A DNA stretch of 64,000 nucleotides from the human T2T-CHM13v2.0 reference genome, Homo sapiens (GCF_009914755.1 NC_060927.1), one strand, 5' to 3'; numbered from the stretch's first letter, positions 1-15,560 are shown. Program-made: numbers and translations. The notes: generated by a model from the letters alone, not told the origin.

Positions 1-900
1 TGGGGCTGAAATTACGGTTCCCTGAATGCAGTGAAATCTCTAGTTGCTCTTTGCTGGCAAGTTTAATGCAGAATTATTAATTACATTTATTAATGACTTG
101 GATGAAGATATAGGTTGCATGCTGATCAAGTCTGTAGATGTCACAAAGCTAGGAAGATAGCAATTATTGTGATAACAGATTCAGGAGCCAAAATGACTTC
201 AAGACAGAATTTAGCAGCCATCTATCTAATACGCGCCTGGCAGTGCTCTATAAAGTACAATTTGAGGGTCATGTTGCTCCCCTACTCAGAAAACTTTGGT
301 GACTCCCTATTTGCTCTTTAAATCCCAAGCCTTTGGCCTGTTATTTAAGGCTTTGCCATATTATGATTCTACCACTGTCTGCTTTCCAACAAAATCTTCT
401 GTAGTTCTTTTTCTAAAACCTTGTGCTTGAGCAAAACTCAGTTCTTTATATACTATTTTCCATTTGTGTTCTATGCTTTCACTACCTTTGAGCATTATTC
501 TCCACTGAAAGTTTCTTTTTCTCACATGTTCCTTCTGTCTCAAGTCTAAATATCCATACCAGTTCAAATGTCACCTCTTGTGTTTCATCTTCTTTTATTG
601 TCTTGGCTGGAGTGACCTCTTTCCTTTGCTAATCTTCAATAACACTTATCTGTTCCTCTCTATTTTTATCACTTTTTACTTCATATTGCAGGGGGTTTTG
701 TTTTTGGTGCACATTTTAAGTTTCTGTTAGACCCTGCCTAGTGCTAGAATTTCTGTCTGGTAACTCTTTTTATCTCTTAAGTGTCTCTAGATGTGTGTTC
801 TATACATAGTTGATGATACTAAAGTGTCTTGCTGGGGGTTCATCTTTACTGTGGAAAAGTGCCTTTAGAGAAGACCCTACATTTTGCCCATGAGAGGCTT

Positions 901-1017
901 CGTAGCTGTATCATAGCAACTTGGAAACTCAAAGGATAAATCCTTGAGGGGACGGATATTCCATTTTCCATGATGTGCTTATTTCACATTGCTTGCCTGT
1001 ATCAAAACATATCTCGT

Positions 1018-1063
<46 letters not shown>

Positions 1064-1100
1064 CTGCTACATAACCACACACACACACAAACTAAAAAAT
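901..1100 (+). mobile_element. L1MA-type LINE-1 3' end fragment containing an expanded (CA)n
   Basis: L1MA 3'-UTR-like text (aaaggataaatccttgaggggacggatattccattttccatgatgtgcttatttcacattgc...aaactaaaaaat); boundaries approximate. Confidence 0.7.
1019..1062. repeat. (CA)22 microsatellite
   Basis: Uninterrupted CA run read directly; a short second CA run near 1076-1088. Confidence 0.97.
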
Positions 1101-2239
1101 TTGGAAAAGAAGGAGAAAATGCTCAATACATGTTTTATTGAATAAATGAAAGACTGATGGAGAGAAAAAGATTTCCCCAAGGTCATAATATAAGAGCTGG
1201 AAGGAAGAGGTGCTGGGAAGAAAACATCATTTAATTTATCAGATGAAACAACAGCTTGTGATATGACGAGCTCACCTGTGATTTGTGTACAACCAGGCTA
1301 AAAAAGGAAGCATGAACCAGAGATTTTTGGAGAGGTGTGGTCAAGAGAGGTGACGGGAGTTGGAAACTTGCATAGTCCTTTAGGGTGGCCACACCTCTTG
1401 GATTCCTTGTGTAGTTTATATCTTTTGTTATAATTTAATGCTCTTAAAATTGGCCCATTTTAAATGATGTTATATGGTCATCTTATTTATCAAATACCTC
1501 TTTGATCTGTTTAAGCTGCTGCATACCTGTGGTTGTGAAACTTGTGGCATAGGCTATTTGAGATAATAATCTTTGTAGTTAGCCTAATGTGGATATAAAT
1601 AGCATCTTTGTCACTTACTGGAAATATGAGCTGGACAAGTTATCAAGACCTCTGCAAGCATTCTTATATGGCTGTTACCTTCGACACAGAAAGCAGAGTT
1701 CTTGAGCATGGAATTTCTGCATCATCTTCAGGTTTCAGTATTTATAACCCACAGAGGTTTTACCAGTGGCCAGATATTTCTTGGGTAGTAGAAAAAGAAA
1801 TACTTCACAGAGCTGTCAAATCTCCACATCTTCAGCATTAAATATCATGCAACCAAATGTAAGGGTATGGTTCACAGCAGTTGGCTGTTTCAGCTGGTTA
1901 TTAATAGGAAGGCGAAAGATCATAGAAAGTTGACTCCTCCCTCATCATTTCTGTCTTCCAGTGAGAAGAGGAGAGCACGAACAGCAGGAATTAGATTTAT
2001 ATATTTTCCTTAATATAAATTCACAGTATGGTAGATTGCAGACAAAGTCTGAATCCAGGATTTCTAGACTTTCTATGTGTCTATGTGTCACTAAAAGGGA
2101 AAAGTACCTGGATTGTAAAGTATTCCAACTAGAAATAGACCAAGGGAATGCAAAGAGGGGTAAGAAGGTTGAATTTATCTGCCAGAAATGTAAATCCTGG
2201 TCAAAAAATCCAGATGAATATTTTTTAAGTAGGCAGTTA

Positions 2240-2560
2240 TAGTTCAGTGAAAAAGAGAGTTGTGGAGCCAGAAAGCTGGAGTTTGATCATAGCTCTACCA
2301 CTCTCTAGCCAAAGGATCGTGGTGATGTTATTGAAACTTGTCTCTAGCCAAAGGATCTTAGTTATGTTATTTAAACCTGTGTATTAAACTTCTTTATCTG
2401 CATGTAATATGGGAATTGAAAAACAAACAACAAAAAAACAGAAACAAAATAAAACCTGTCTTATTGGTTGGTTCTGACAATGAAATTTGTTAATATTGTA
2501 AAATTCTTAGAACAGTCCCTAGTCTATAGTCAGCAGGCATGAATGCTAGTTATTATTATT
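2240..2560 (+). mobile_element. MIR SINE with an internal 39-bp tandem duplication
   Basis: MIR-like core (ctggagtttgatcatagctctaccactctctagc...cttagaacagtccctag...tgctagttattattatt). Confidence 0.6.
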
Positions 2561-2615
2561 TAAGCCCTTGAAAGTAGTAAGTGATTTCCCTTACCTTTGT
2601 ATTTATGGTTACAGG

Positions 2616-2679
2616 ATGACACTTCTGTGGTGTGTAGTGAGTCTCTACTTTTATGGAATCCTGCAAAGTGATGCCTCAG
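2616..2679 (+). CDS. IL1RAP: IL1RAP first coding exon: signal peptide MTLLWCVVSLYFYGILQSDAS (+1 nt, phase 1)
   Basis: Acceptor ttacag|G at 2614/2615, ATG at 2616, donor CAG|GTAAGT at 2679/2680. Translation matches the human IL1RAP N-terminus and joins in frame (G+AA=Glu) to 42461. Confidence 0.97.
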
Positions 2680-4269
2680 GTAAGTGAATGGCTTTTGACA
2701 ATGTATTAAAATGCAAGTCATGCGTAGGGTAATGAGTCCACTCTTCCTGAAAATGAATTTAAATAAACATAATGTTATTCATGTCCATTGTCTTCTGCGG
2801 TAGCAAATAATCATAAAGCAGAATAATAGAATTTTGATGATGGAAAGAACCATTGCTGTCTCTAGTCTTCATGGGATAGAGTACACAGGGGGCAGTGGGC
2901 CGCTGTGTTTAAACACAGGTATTTTTCATTACCTTCACACTCAGCCAACTAGAATATTGCTTTTTTCCCTTACCTCAGGTCCTATGGGGGAAAAATGGGA
3001 GTGATAATAGCACAATCTGTTTTTCAAATTTGAGCCAGTGGTGGAAAAGTTATCAGTGGTAATAATCCATTGAGATGTTAAATAAAATAATGAGTTTTTG
3101 TCATATTGTTTCTATATAGGAAAAAGAAAGGATCTGTCTTTAGACTCATTCTTTCTCTGGATGTTGCTTTATAAGAGGAACCAGCTAAGACCTTTATAGA
3201 GTTTGAAAACCAAACTCAGTCATCATGGGCCTGGATCACGTGAAATTAGATATGGAAGAGACTTGCTATTTGAAAGTCCATCTTTTCAGATCTCCTCTTC
3301 TTCCCAGAATTATGCCCAGAATCACTCTCTATCTCTGACTATTAATCATTACATTTCAGCCTATGTTTTTGGACTAATCAAATTCTTAGAAAGTTTTTAG
3401 TACATAAAACTGAAATTTGTCTCTTTGATTTTAGTATCTAAAACTGAAATTTGTCTCTTTCCAAACATTTACTTGGTTCAACTGTAGGACTGAAAAAAAA
3501 AAAAGAAACAAACAAACAAACAAACAAAACAACCAAAACCTAATGCAATGGTTCTCTAATTGTAATGAAGGGAACCTAGAGGTCCTCATTTTATAAAGCT
3601 TTTCATGTAAAATTCCCCTGAACACCATAAACCATACTTTACATATCGTTGCTTTAATTCCTTTTCTTTGTGAGAGGGCTTCTGCAATGTTAAGTTAGCT
3701 ACCATATAACCATGACCTCAGTGTTCTGCAATATATGCCTTCAACTGTTTTTCATATGACATGGATTTGAGCTCTCCTACCATCCTGATCATCTTTTCTG
3801 GGTGCGTTTCAGCTTTTCTATGCCACATAAAACATTGTATTAGAAACCAAAAATAGTACTAAAGGAGTGGTATAAGTAGGACAGAGTACAGCTCAGTGCT
3901 GAAACTAGCAGTAACTTCTAGCCTTGTTGGCCCTTTGGGGCTTCACAGAGGAATGGCTGTAGATAACCGGAGATGTTATTCGGCTGGGATGCGCTAGGAG
4001 ACAGCTCCTTGGCTGTTTAGTCCAGCATCTGTCCTGCTTGGTTAGGTGTCGCGTTTGATAGGTGAGTTTCTTGATGTCCTGATTTTCAAATATGTTAAAT
4101 ATAATTCTTGATTTTAGTTTGTTCTTATTTGATTTAGTTCTATGTTTGAATGCTATCTGCTCACAGAGGCTTCCTTGACCATCTTAACTAAAAATCCCTA
4201 CCAGTCACTCTCTCTCCCTCCATCCTGTTTTAGTTTTCTTTGTAACACTCACATTCCCTGATATTATAT

Positions 4270-4435
4270 TAGCCTTCTTTCTCTTCTCTCCTCCTCCTCC
4301 CTCTTCCTCTTCTCTTGTTTCCTCCTCCTTTTCCTTCCTTTTTTTCTTCCTGAACTCCCTGTCCTTCCTCCTTTTCTGCCTCCCTTCTTTCCTTTCTCTC
4401 CATCTCTTTTTCTTCCTCCTTCCCTCCCTCTGTCT
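4270..4435. repeat. CT-rich low-complexity polypyrimidine tract within an L2 remnant
   Basis: Almost pure C/T; flanks resemble an L2 3' end (ctgagggcaggaac...gctcaatacat...ttgaat). Confidence 0.8.
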
Positions 4436-7400
4436 TGGATTTTAAGCTGCCTGAGGGCAGGAACTTGTTCAGGAACTTTTGTTTGTTATCCAAACACTCA
4501 GAATAATACTGACACATAGACACATAGCAGATGCTCAATACATAGGTGTTAAATGGTTGAATACATGTCCCTTTACATCCTTTCCCCTGCCCCCAGACTG
4601 TCCAGTTTTATAATGGAACGTGTTTGGGTTCATGCCAGTAATTCATCATGTGGTTTTATGTCCTCCCTCATCCTGAAGGAAGAGGGACAGGTGACTGTGT
4701 TACCATTGCTGAAGGATCATGGAGGTTCCAGAAGCTAATGAGTGCTGGTGCCTTCCCAGCAGTCCTGACCATGTTACTTTTCTGAATGACCTTTACTGTA
4801 ATCCATCCAAGGAGTCCCCAGCCCCCACCTCAAGTGCTGTTGGTAAGAGAGCTTTCTATCCAGGAACTGTGACTCATAATTCTGCCAGGGGAAGCTAACT
4901 TCTTGAATAAGATAAGTTCTCATACCAGCCACATTGCGTCACCGTGGGAGCAGGAAACATGTTGTAATCCCCTCAGCCCATCTGGCACGTACTCATTTGC
5001 CTTCCTTATGAAGAGGTGTATTGTGTCTGACAGTGATGCCACTTCCTAGTTGGAGGGAGAGGAACAAAAAGGACATGTTGTTGACAAAAACGAAAAGAGC
5101 AACTGGCTCTGGGCTAGTGGGGGAAGAAAGAAATCATTGCGCATCTTGAGGGATCAACCAACCTCTCTGCACATGAAAGTATTGCCTTTTACAAGGCATC
5201 TGTGGATGCTGACAGATTTGTTGGTCTTTCATGAGGCTCTCCCTGTGCTCAGGTTCCCATCTCAACGGAAACACAGGTTGATGTGAGGAACAAAGCAGAA
5301 ATGTTCTGAAAACCCTAAAGCAATCTACATGCGTATCATATTAGTAAGACATTTATTTTGTTCTGAGTCCTTCCATGTGGGCCTTTTAAGAGAATCCTCA
5401 AATATAAAAAAGAAACCATAAAAGCATAAGAACTTAGCGCCATGCAATGTGTTTTCACACGCAGTGAACTGGCCGTGAAGTCATACGATTCTGACTTCCG
5501 ATCATGATTTTTCTGGTAGCAGTACTGTGATCCCCTTATCCCCTCAGGAATGGGGGAGCAACATTTTCATCTTAGGTGATGATAAAAGCAAATGATTTTT
5601 TAAGAAAGCTTTATTTCCCTTTAAGGAATTAAAGCTTGGATAATTATAATAGCGATTCTATAATTATAATGTGCTAGTTATAGTAATAATAATAAAGCTC
5701 CCTTTGCTTAAAAAAGCAGTTTGCATTGTACATATTCAATGTCAGTCTCACACCCAAACCATGGGGTAGTCAGAGCTGTTGTAACTACCTTTGTTGGGTA
5801 AGACAAGTTAGGATCAAAGTATTTAATTGTATTACTCGAAGTCACACAGCTATACTTAGCATGCTTGTGACTTCAACGAGTTTCTGGATTCCTGACATCC
5901 ATATTATTTTTACGAAATATGCTCCAGTTGGGGTCTATTAGAATATAAATTACTAAGAAAAAAGATTAAGATCTAAGGGATCACAGGTAATCATTTTGCA
6001 AACTGTTGAAGAACCACTCTGTGATAGGTTTCTATGCTTTGTAGGTAAGGTATATCCTTACACGCTTATCCTGCCCCCTCACAGCACTGAAACATTTTCT
6101 TCAGGAGGAAAATGATTGTAATACAAAATTCAAACCCAATATTCCTTTTTTTGCTTATTATAGTATTAAATATTTTCACTAATAAACTCGAAGAAGTTCT
6201 GTTTGTAAGACTTCGAAATGGAAACTTCAGCTCAATACACGTCTCTTTTGCTGTGCCTCATTGGCAGTGTGTCAGGAAGCTGAACTGTTAAAAGCTGCCT
6301 TTGGAGTAGACATAAATTTTGGAACCTGTGATCCCAAGTTGAGGAGGTAATAAAAATAGCACCATATAGAATATAGTGAATTTAAAAAATATTACCATAT
6401 CAAAATTATTTGCTGGACAAATCACATGAAAAAGAGAGTACACTGCCACCCCAAAATGCAGGCACACACACGGATCTTTGAGAAAGATTTTATTTCAAAG
6501 TCAACAGTTGACTGTGTGCCAGGTGCAGGGCTGGATTTCACACACATTATCAGGAACTTCGCAGGAACCATTGTACAGGGGTAGGGGCTGGAGACTCTTC
6601 TACCTGTTTGATAGTTTAGGAAATGAAGATCCAGGGAGGTGGCCCAAGTGCTCATGATAGCCTGGCTTGCCTGATAGAGCCAGGCTGCCTTGACTCCAGA
6701 AACAGTGCTCTTTTTTATTTTTCCATACTATAATTGCCTTTCTTTAGGACTGTGCTCTGCTACTAGAAGTAAGATCCTCTGATTCCTTTTCCATTATATT
6801 TTACAAAATTGGTAGAGAATGGAAATCATCTATCCAATGATTGGGAGTGAATTATACAATGCAAAATAAATAAATAGTAAAAAACACTGTGGTTTCCTAG
6901 TAATTGAGAGATTCAAGTTCTGTTTTACTCTGTGACTTGTTTGATGACAGTAAAGGGGTCATTTCATCACTTTTTGTCATTGCATCCTTATTTATAAACC
7001 AAGCCAACCAACCAAACAATTAACAAACAATAGCAGCAGATCCCAGTCAATTCCAGTTTCTTGATTTTTATGAAGGAACACTATGCATCATGGACACACA
7101 CAGGGTATACTCCTATTAGCTACTTAAATTCTTTCTAATAACAATGTTAACAATGATTTCACTTTATTCTAAAGATCATGCGTTTGACCATTTTAGATTG
7201 TAGAATCCAGGGTTAGTAAGAGGAATTTCTTATTTTAAGAGGAATACAGTAAAGTTTGAGAGAAGGAAGAGGAAATAATTACCAAATAGAATTCCGTGAG
7301 AGCAGAGAAAGTTACCAATCCTATCAGGAGATATTGGGGGAGACTTAATCATTGCTCCTTCCTAGGAAGAAACGCATCTCTTATTTGGGAATGAAATAGT

Positions 7401-8820
7401 TCAGGGCAACTCAAAAGATAGTACAAAGGCATTTAGAAGCCAAGCTGGAAAGGTAGGTTGGGAACAAATTATGCAGGACGGGAATTACTTCAGGTAAAGA
7501 GAATGTCCACATTTAATGTATTTTGGTTATAGTTGGCTAGGTTTCTTTTCCTTTTTTTAAATTCTGTCGTATTTTTGCAAGGACATACACTATTATTAAT
7601 TCTATGTGATGGTTCTTTCACCTTTTGGTAAGAATTCAGTTTGTTACCAGCCCCAGTGGCCTCATTTTATTTGAATATCCTTGCTTTAATAACTCCGTAC
7701 TCAGATATACTTGTGACATTGTGTCCTGTCCCAGTTGCCCATGGCTGGTCATCCTGAACACTCTTCATTTCTATGTAATTTAGTCCAAACATTTGGAAAA
7801 TGTATGAAGAATACTGTTTCATTTTATTCTTAGTCCTAAAGGTCATTGGAATTACAGAATTTCACCCTGTTGTCATTTAAATGATGCCTCTCGGAAGCAG
7901 ATCTCTTCACTTTTTTTTTTTTCTTTAGCTGTGTTTATAGCTTGAAGCACACTTATATTTTAGTTACTTATATTTCCCAAGGGTGGATTTACTGTAGCCT
8001 GATTGAAAAGAAATTTAAGTACCACATAATTGGCTTGATACTGAGTTTGCAAATACACAGCTTCTTGTATCACAGTGATAATTCTAAGTTTAGAAAAATG
8101 ACCTGGTTCTTTTTCACATGGCTGTGTTAGTTAAAGGAAACCAGTATTTTTGTAGGAACTCCTGCATACCGTTGTAGGAAAAAATGTTTGTTTTACAAGA
8201 ATTTATTCTACCCTTTGAATTACCTTTGTTTTTGCTATCCTTTCCCTCACTCCCCCAACCCTGAATATTCATTTCTACCATATTTTAGGGACCAGATTGC
8301 CACCTTAGCAGTGACTCACTACCAAGACCAGTTTCTACCCACTTTTCTTTCACCACTTAAAAAGTTTCTTTTCTGTTTAACTGATTAACTTTTTAGAAAA
8401 TAAAATATATACCCACCCAGGATAACAACACAATGATTGCTTTATTTTTAAATCCACTGAGTGCTGCCATCTCTCATTTATTTTTGAGGAACAGTGAGAA
8501 AATGGATACATTTAACAAATAATTTGGGAACCTCAGTCACCTTCAAGTTACCTGCTATCCAAACCTATAAAAGCTGATGTACAAAATTTTCTGGCTTTGC
8601 CTTTGCGTGTTTTAGAGATAGTGGGAATAATGAAAATGCAAGATGACTACGACAATGAGAGAAAATAAATAAAATAATCACTTCCTCAGCAACCTAGACC
8701 ATATTCTGTTGTGTTTTATGACATTCATTTCTCCTTCTACCATAGGAACCAAAATGCTTGGTATAGCTATACATTACTGGGAAATAAATAGCACTTTTCT
8801 GCAGTGTTTGTAGGGTCTGA

Positions 8821-9273
<453 letters not shown>

Positions 9274-9555
9274 TAAGAAAATGTTATGGTCTCTTTGAGA
9301 TTTGGACTTGCCACCCAGTGCTACCAAGACTGACCAATTTAGTCTATTTGCCAATTACGTTTCCTCAGTGGAACCTTCTCCAGGACCTACTGCATACGTG
9401 TAGATACTCAAGAGGAAAGAAAAAGAAAACAGGCACATCGATCATGATTTTTTTTATGTGTGATTTTTTCTGTTAACTATTGCTTTTTATTAATTTATTA
9501 TGGTGGGTTTTATTTTTTCCTAATTACTTACCCTTGCATAAGAAGTATAACTATG

Positions 9556-9858
9556 GGCCAGGCACACTGGCTCATGCCTATAATGCCAGTACTTTGGGAG
9601 GCTGAGGTGGGGAGATTGCTTGAGGCCAGAAGTTTGAGACCAGCCTGCACAAAATAATAAGACCCTGACTCCACAAAAAAAAAATTAAAAAAATAGCTGA
9701 GTATGGTGATGCACACCTGTAGTCCCAGCTAATCAGGAGGCTGAGGTGGGAGGATCACTTGAGACTGGCCGGTAAAGGCTAAAATGAGCTGTGATCACGC
9801 CACTGCACTCCAGCCTGGGCGACAGAACAAGACCCTGTCTCTCTCTTTCTCAAAAAAA
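9556..9858 (+). mobile_element. AluJ
   Basis: Diverged full dimer; TSD aagtataactat / aagtacaactat. Confidence 0.9.
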
Positions 9859-10060
9859 AGTACAACTATAGTTGAAATATAGACCTTTATTATTATTACT
9901 AGATGAGAGATTAAATTGTATTTATCATATGTAAAATGACATTTCGAAGTATTTATACATTGTGGAATGACTAAATCTAGCTAATTAACATATGTATTAC
10001 CTAACATAGTTACCATTTTTGGAGTGAGAAGACTTTAGATTCACTGTTATCACTTTAAAG

Positions 10061-10283
10061 CAAGCTTGTCCAACCCGTGGCCCGCGGGCCACATGAAGCC
10101 CAAAACGGCCTTGAATATGGCCCAACACAAATTTTGAAACTTTCTTAAAACATTATGGACTTTTTGTGATTTTCATTTTTAGATCATCAGTTATTGTTAG
10201 TGTTAGCTTATTTTATGTGTGGCCCAAGACAATTCTTCTTCTTCCAAAGTGGCACAGGAGAGCCGGAAGATTGGACACATCTG
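10061..10283 (-). mobile_element. MER30 (hAT-Charlie DNA transposon)
   Basis: Termini caagcttgtccaac...gattggacacatctg; 8-bp TSD ctttaaag/ctttaagg; sits next to an L1M fragment. Confidence 0.85.
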
Positions 10284-10719
10284 CTTTAAGGCAAACAGAT
10301 ATACAAATTATTGTTCCCAAGTGGATACCAACCATTATTAATTATTATTTACTGTAGTTTTGTTTGCCCTTTTTTTCAAGGGGGAGAAATCTTTAATTGT
10401 TTGCCATAGACTTATCTGATGACCAGATGCAAAAACCTACTAGCTTTAAATTGATGCACCTGAGTTAACCTGAATGCCCTATCCTTCTCTAGCGTTTGGG
10501 ACTTCAGACTATCCCAAAATTGCTTAATGGACTGATGTTTGATTTTTAGAGTGAAAACATTAATTTTATTCTTATATTTTCAATGTTTTTTGAATTTTTA
10601 AATTTATCTGGTCATCTAGAGAAAACTGAATTTCTTATATGACAGATATTTTGACATTCACAGCTTGATTCTACATGTCTTTTTGTCATTTTCTGGTGTC
10701 CACTCAAGGTAAAGGCAAA

Positions 10720-10860
10720 TAAGAAAAAAGAGAAGAAGGAGAGAAAAGAGGAATAATGAGGGAGAGAGGAAGAGAGAGAGAGACCTTTTTTTGAAAAAGA
10801 GAGATAGTAGGAAAAAGAGAGAGAGAGGCATAAAATGCAAAGAGAAAAATAGAGATAAAA
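10720..10860. repeat. GA-rich low-complexity tract
   Basis: Purine-rich (GA)n-like sequence. Confidence 0.8.
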
Positions 10861-10933
10861 TATTCCTACACGGGTTTCCTGGATCTGATGTAAACCCGGC
10901 TATATACTTTTTTCAGATTACCAAAGAAGCTAA

Positions 10934-11478
<545 letters not shown>

Positions 11479-14374
11479 AATGCTTTGTTAATCAGGATAC
11501 TTTTATTCTGAAAAAAAGTGTACAGCAGAGATGGTGGAGACTTAAAGCTTTGCATGCCCCTCAGGATAATGAAGGAAGAAGAGATGGCGGGCAAAAGTGT
11601 AAGACTCTGGACCCCCTTTTGCAAGTTTATACGTTCTAAGGCAGAAACAATCTGCTGTTTGCAATTGACACTGAGCTGTGAAATGTTTTTGCTAGTAGCA
11701 GTGTATTTCTTGAGGCACAGTAGAAACCCAACCAATCTATATTCAAGTCTAAGAGGAGGGTGTAGCTTTACTTGGAGGTTGATTGAAATCATGGAAATTG
11801 TGAATGGAGTAATTAGTAATCGGAAGTGTTGGAGGACTTTCTCCCTCCCGCTGCATGCAGTATTCTTAGTGAAATGCTAAGGGGAATTTCAGGAAGAAAG
11901 TGAAGACGGGGTTGGTTGTTTTATTAAGGCAAACTTTTAGCTCTCTCACCTTTATTACTCTAAATATCCTGTTCTTAAAAAGGATTATTCCTCTCATTTA
12001 TAATGCAGTAATAATTGATGACTACAATAATAGCCATGAAGCATTTTACAGTATTGGGTTTTTAATCACTAAAAGAAGACCATGTTAAGCTAAACATGGC
12101 TTTAAATCTATTTTATTTTAATTCTCTGTAAATTGATAATTACTATATAGTGGTGGGTAGGTATGTAATAGGAAGGAAGGTGAGGAAACTCACATTCTTT
12201 GAATCAAGGATTATATTCATATAATATTATATTCATTTCTGAAAAGCCTCATAATTCAGAAATACATGTTTTCTTCCATCGTTACAAGTGAGGGACTCCA
12301 AATTCAAAAAATTGAATGAACTTACCTAATATCACTATAGAAGTAAGTGGTAAAATTTGTATTGCTCTTTGACTTTAAGATGCACTGTCATTTAAAATAC
12401 ACCATGCTGCCACTGAGTTATTTATAATTAAAACTTCATTTTAAAACATGCCAACCAAATCTGTCAATAATTGATGATACGGAACACACATATTTGAAAA
12501 GAAACGTTTAACCAGTTACCAAAACAGAATCTAGTATGTGATTTTTCGTGTTGCAAATAAAATTTCAAGGTGATTTGCTTCAGTCTTCCTGAAACATATA
12601 CAGTACATTTTAATTGTGTATATTTAGATAATATACATCTTTCTAAGTTTATACAAATTTTCTCAAAGGAAAGCAGTTCTATACAGGAAGAAGATTGCAG
12701 ATGAATGAAGGAAAGGTGGCTTGGTACAGGTGCAGTGGGTTTGAGTGCAGTGGGAAGCTGTTAACTTTAGTATTCTGCAAGGTTGCTTTGGCATTATTCA
12801 TATGGCTTCCCCTGTGGCTAACTCAGAGATACTAACTCTAACTCCCTAGCTTTTGCTCCTTTTCCAATGACTGACTGCAGGCTCTGTCCCTCCACTTAGG
12901 TGTTAAGGGACTCAGTCAAGGATGTTTACATGTGCCTCAGAGATTTTTTTGGGTACCCAGCAGTGTAGAGTTCTAGAAAGTTCTTTTCAGTTTACAAATG
13001 CCAGTTCTTTTCTGCTAGTCTTTGGCAGTGATTGAATGTGAATTGTGAAATTTGATTGTGGTCTCACTCCAAGTTCTATTTTATTTCTGGTGGAGCTGGA
13101 ATGTTTTATCTTTCTCGGAAACGATCACTTTTTGTGTGTATGGCAACAAAACAGCTAGAATAACTGTCACTTGGGCTCAGCAAGTACACAAAAGTATGGG
13201 CTGGGGGCATTTTAACCAATCCATATTCATACACAGGTAAGCTATTCCACTTACTGCAAACTCTCCAGAATTGAAATCCCAGCAGATTTAATACACAAAG
13301 CCTCTTCAGTCCTAGGGAAATGAGTTTTTTTTTTAACAGACTGATTATTCATTTCAAAACATGGAATATTTTTGTCATAAAAGGATGATAAGTATTGCCC
13401 TCCTATTTTAAATATGTACCTTTGTGATTTAATAGAAACTGGTCAAAGATCTATATAACCTCCACATTTAGGGAGGTTGGTCCTTCATGATTAGATGTGA
13501 AACCCAGTTCAGCATATGTCTCCTGGGCACCTGTTATGTGCAGACCTTTGTACGTAGGGTAGGCAAAGATGAAGACATTGTGCGTGTATTCATTCATTCA
13601 TTCATCTGTAGTGTGTATGTGCTGGACACTGTGCTTGCCTGTATTGGTAACCAAAACAAAAATTATCTTTGCCCTCATGAAATTCACAGTCTTGGGGATG
13701 GCTTCAAGTCTTTTCTTACTTGAAGAACGTAAGTAAACAAATTTTTATAAGAAGTTCTCTATAGTTATAAATAAGGCATTATATTGATGGAAAGTAATGG
13801 GATATTCCTTTCCTTATCCCATAGTTAAGGAAAATCTATTAAAGAATATGCTATTTAATTGAGAATTGAGGGATGAGAAAGAGCCACCTTCAAAGGCAGT
13901 GGCATGAGATGTAGGCCTTGGGTTGCAGGAGCTTTGAGAACTATGGGGAAAGAAACATGCGACGAAGAGGAAGCCGTGGTCAGAGTGCAGCACATACTGA
14001 GGGTGTTGTTACATTTACTTGAACTGCAGTAAAAGGCCATTGAAAGGGTTTGGGCAGGACTGTTACATTATCCAGCTAAGGTATTAAATGATCTTGTAAG
14101 CTGCTATGTAGGAATAAGATTGGAAAAGATTTCTGTTTTTCCCAGTATGGCGGACAAGGTCCTCTAAACACCCCTTTTGCTGTAAAGCAGCTAGAAATGC
14201 TGCATTTAAAAATAAATGTCATTTAAAATGAATTGCTGAGTTGGTAAGAAATCCTTAGAGGCCAAAATTGAAGTGAAAACAGGAATCCAGAAAAGAAAGG
14301 AAGCCAGCTCTGCAGCTGGCGGCTACCCAGGGTAACATCCAGAGTCAGAGGAAGGAGATATATTTAAATGCGAG

Positions 14375-15560
<1,186 letters not shown>

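Noticed and set aside
1-2614. IL1RAP promoter
   Set aside because: No CpG island, and the ATG exon begins with a splice acceptor, so transcription starts upstream of the window.
4269-4538. E/K/R/G-rich 89-aa ORF (and similar ORFs at 10658-10979)
   Set aside because: Artefacts of CT- or GA-rich low-complexity tracts.
12991-13242. Other strong isolated donors (CAG|GTAAGC at 13236, TAG|GTGAGT at 27578, CAG|GTGAGT near 55359) as hidden exons
   Set aside because: No unambiguous paired acceptor or coding signal; such sites are expected by chance in 60 kb of intron.
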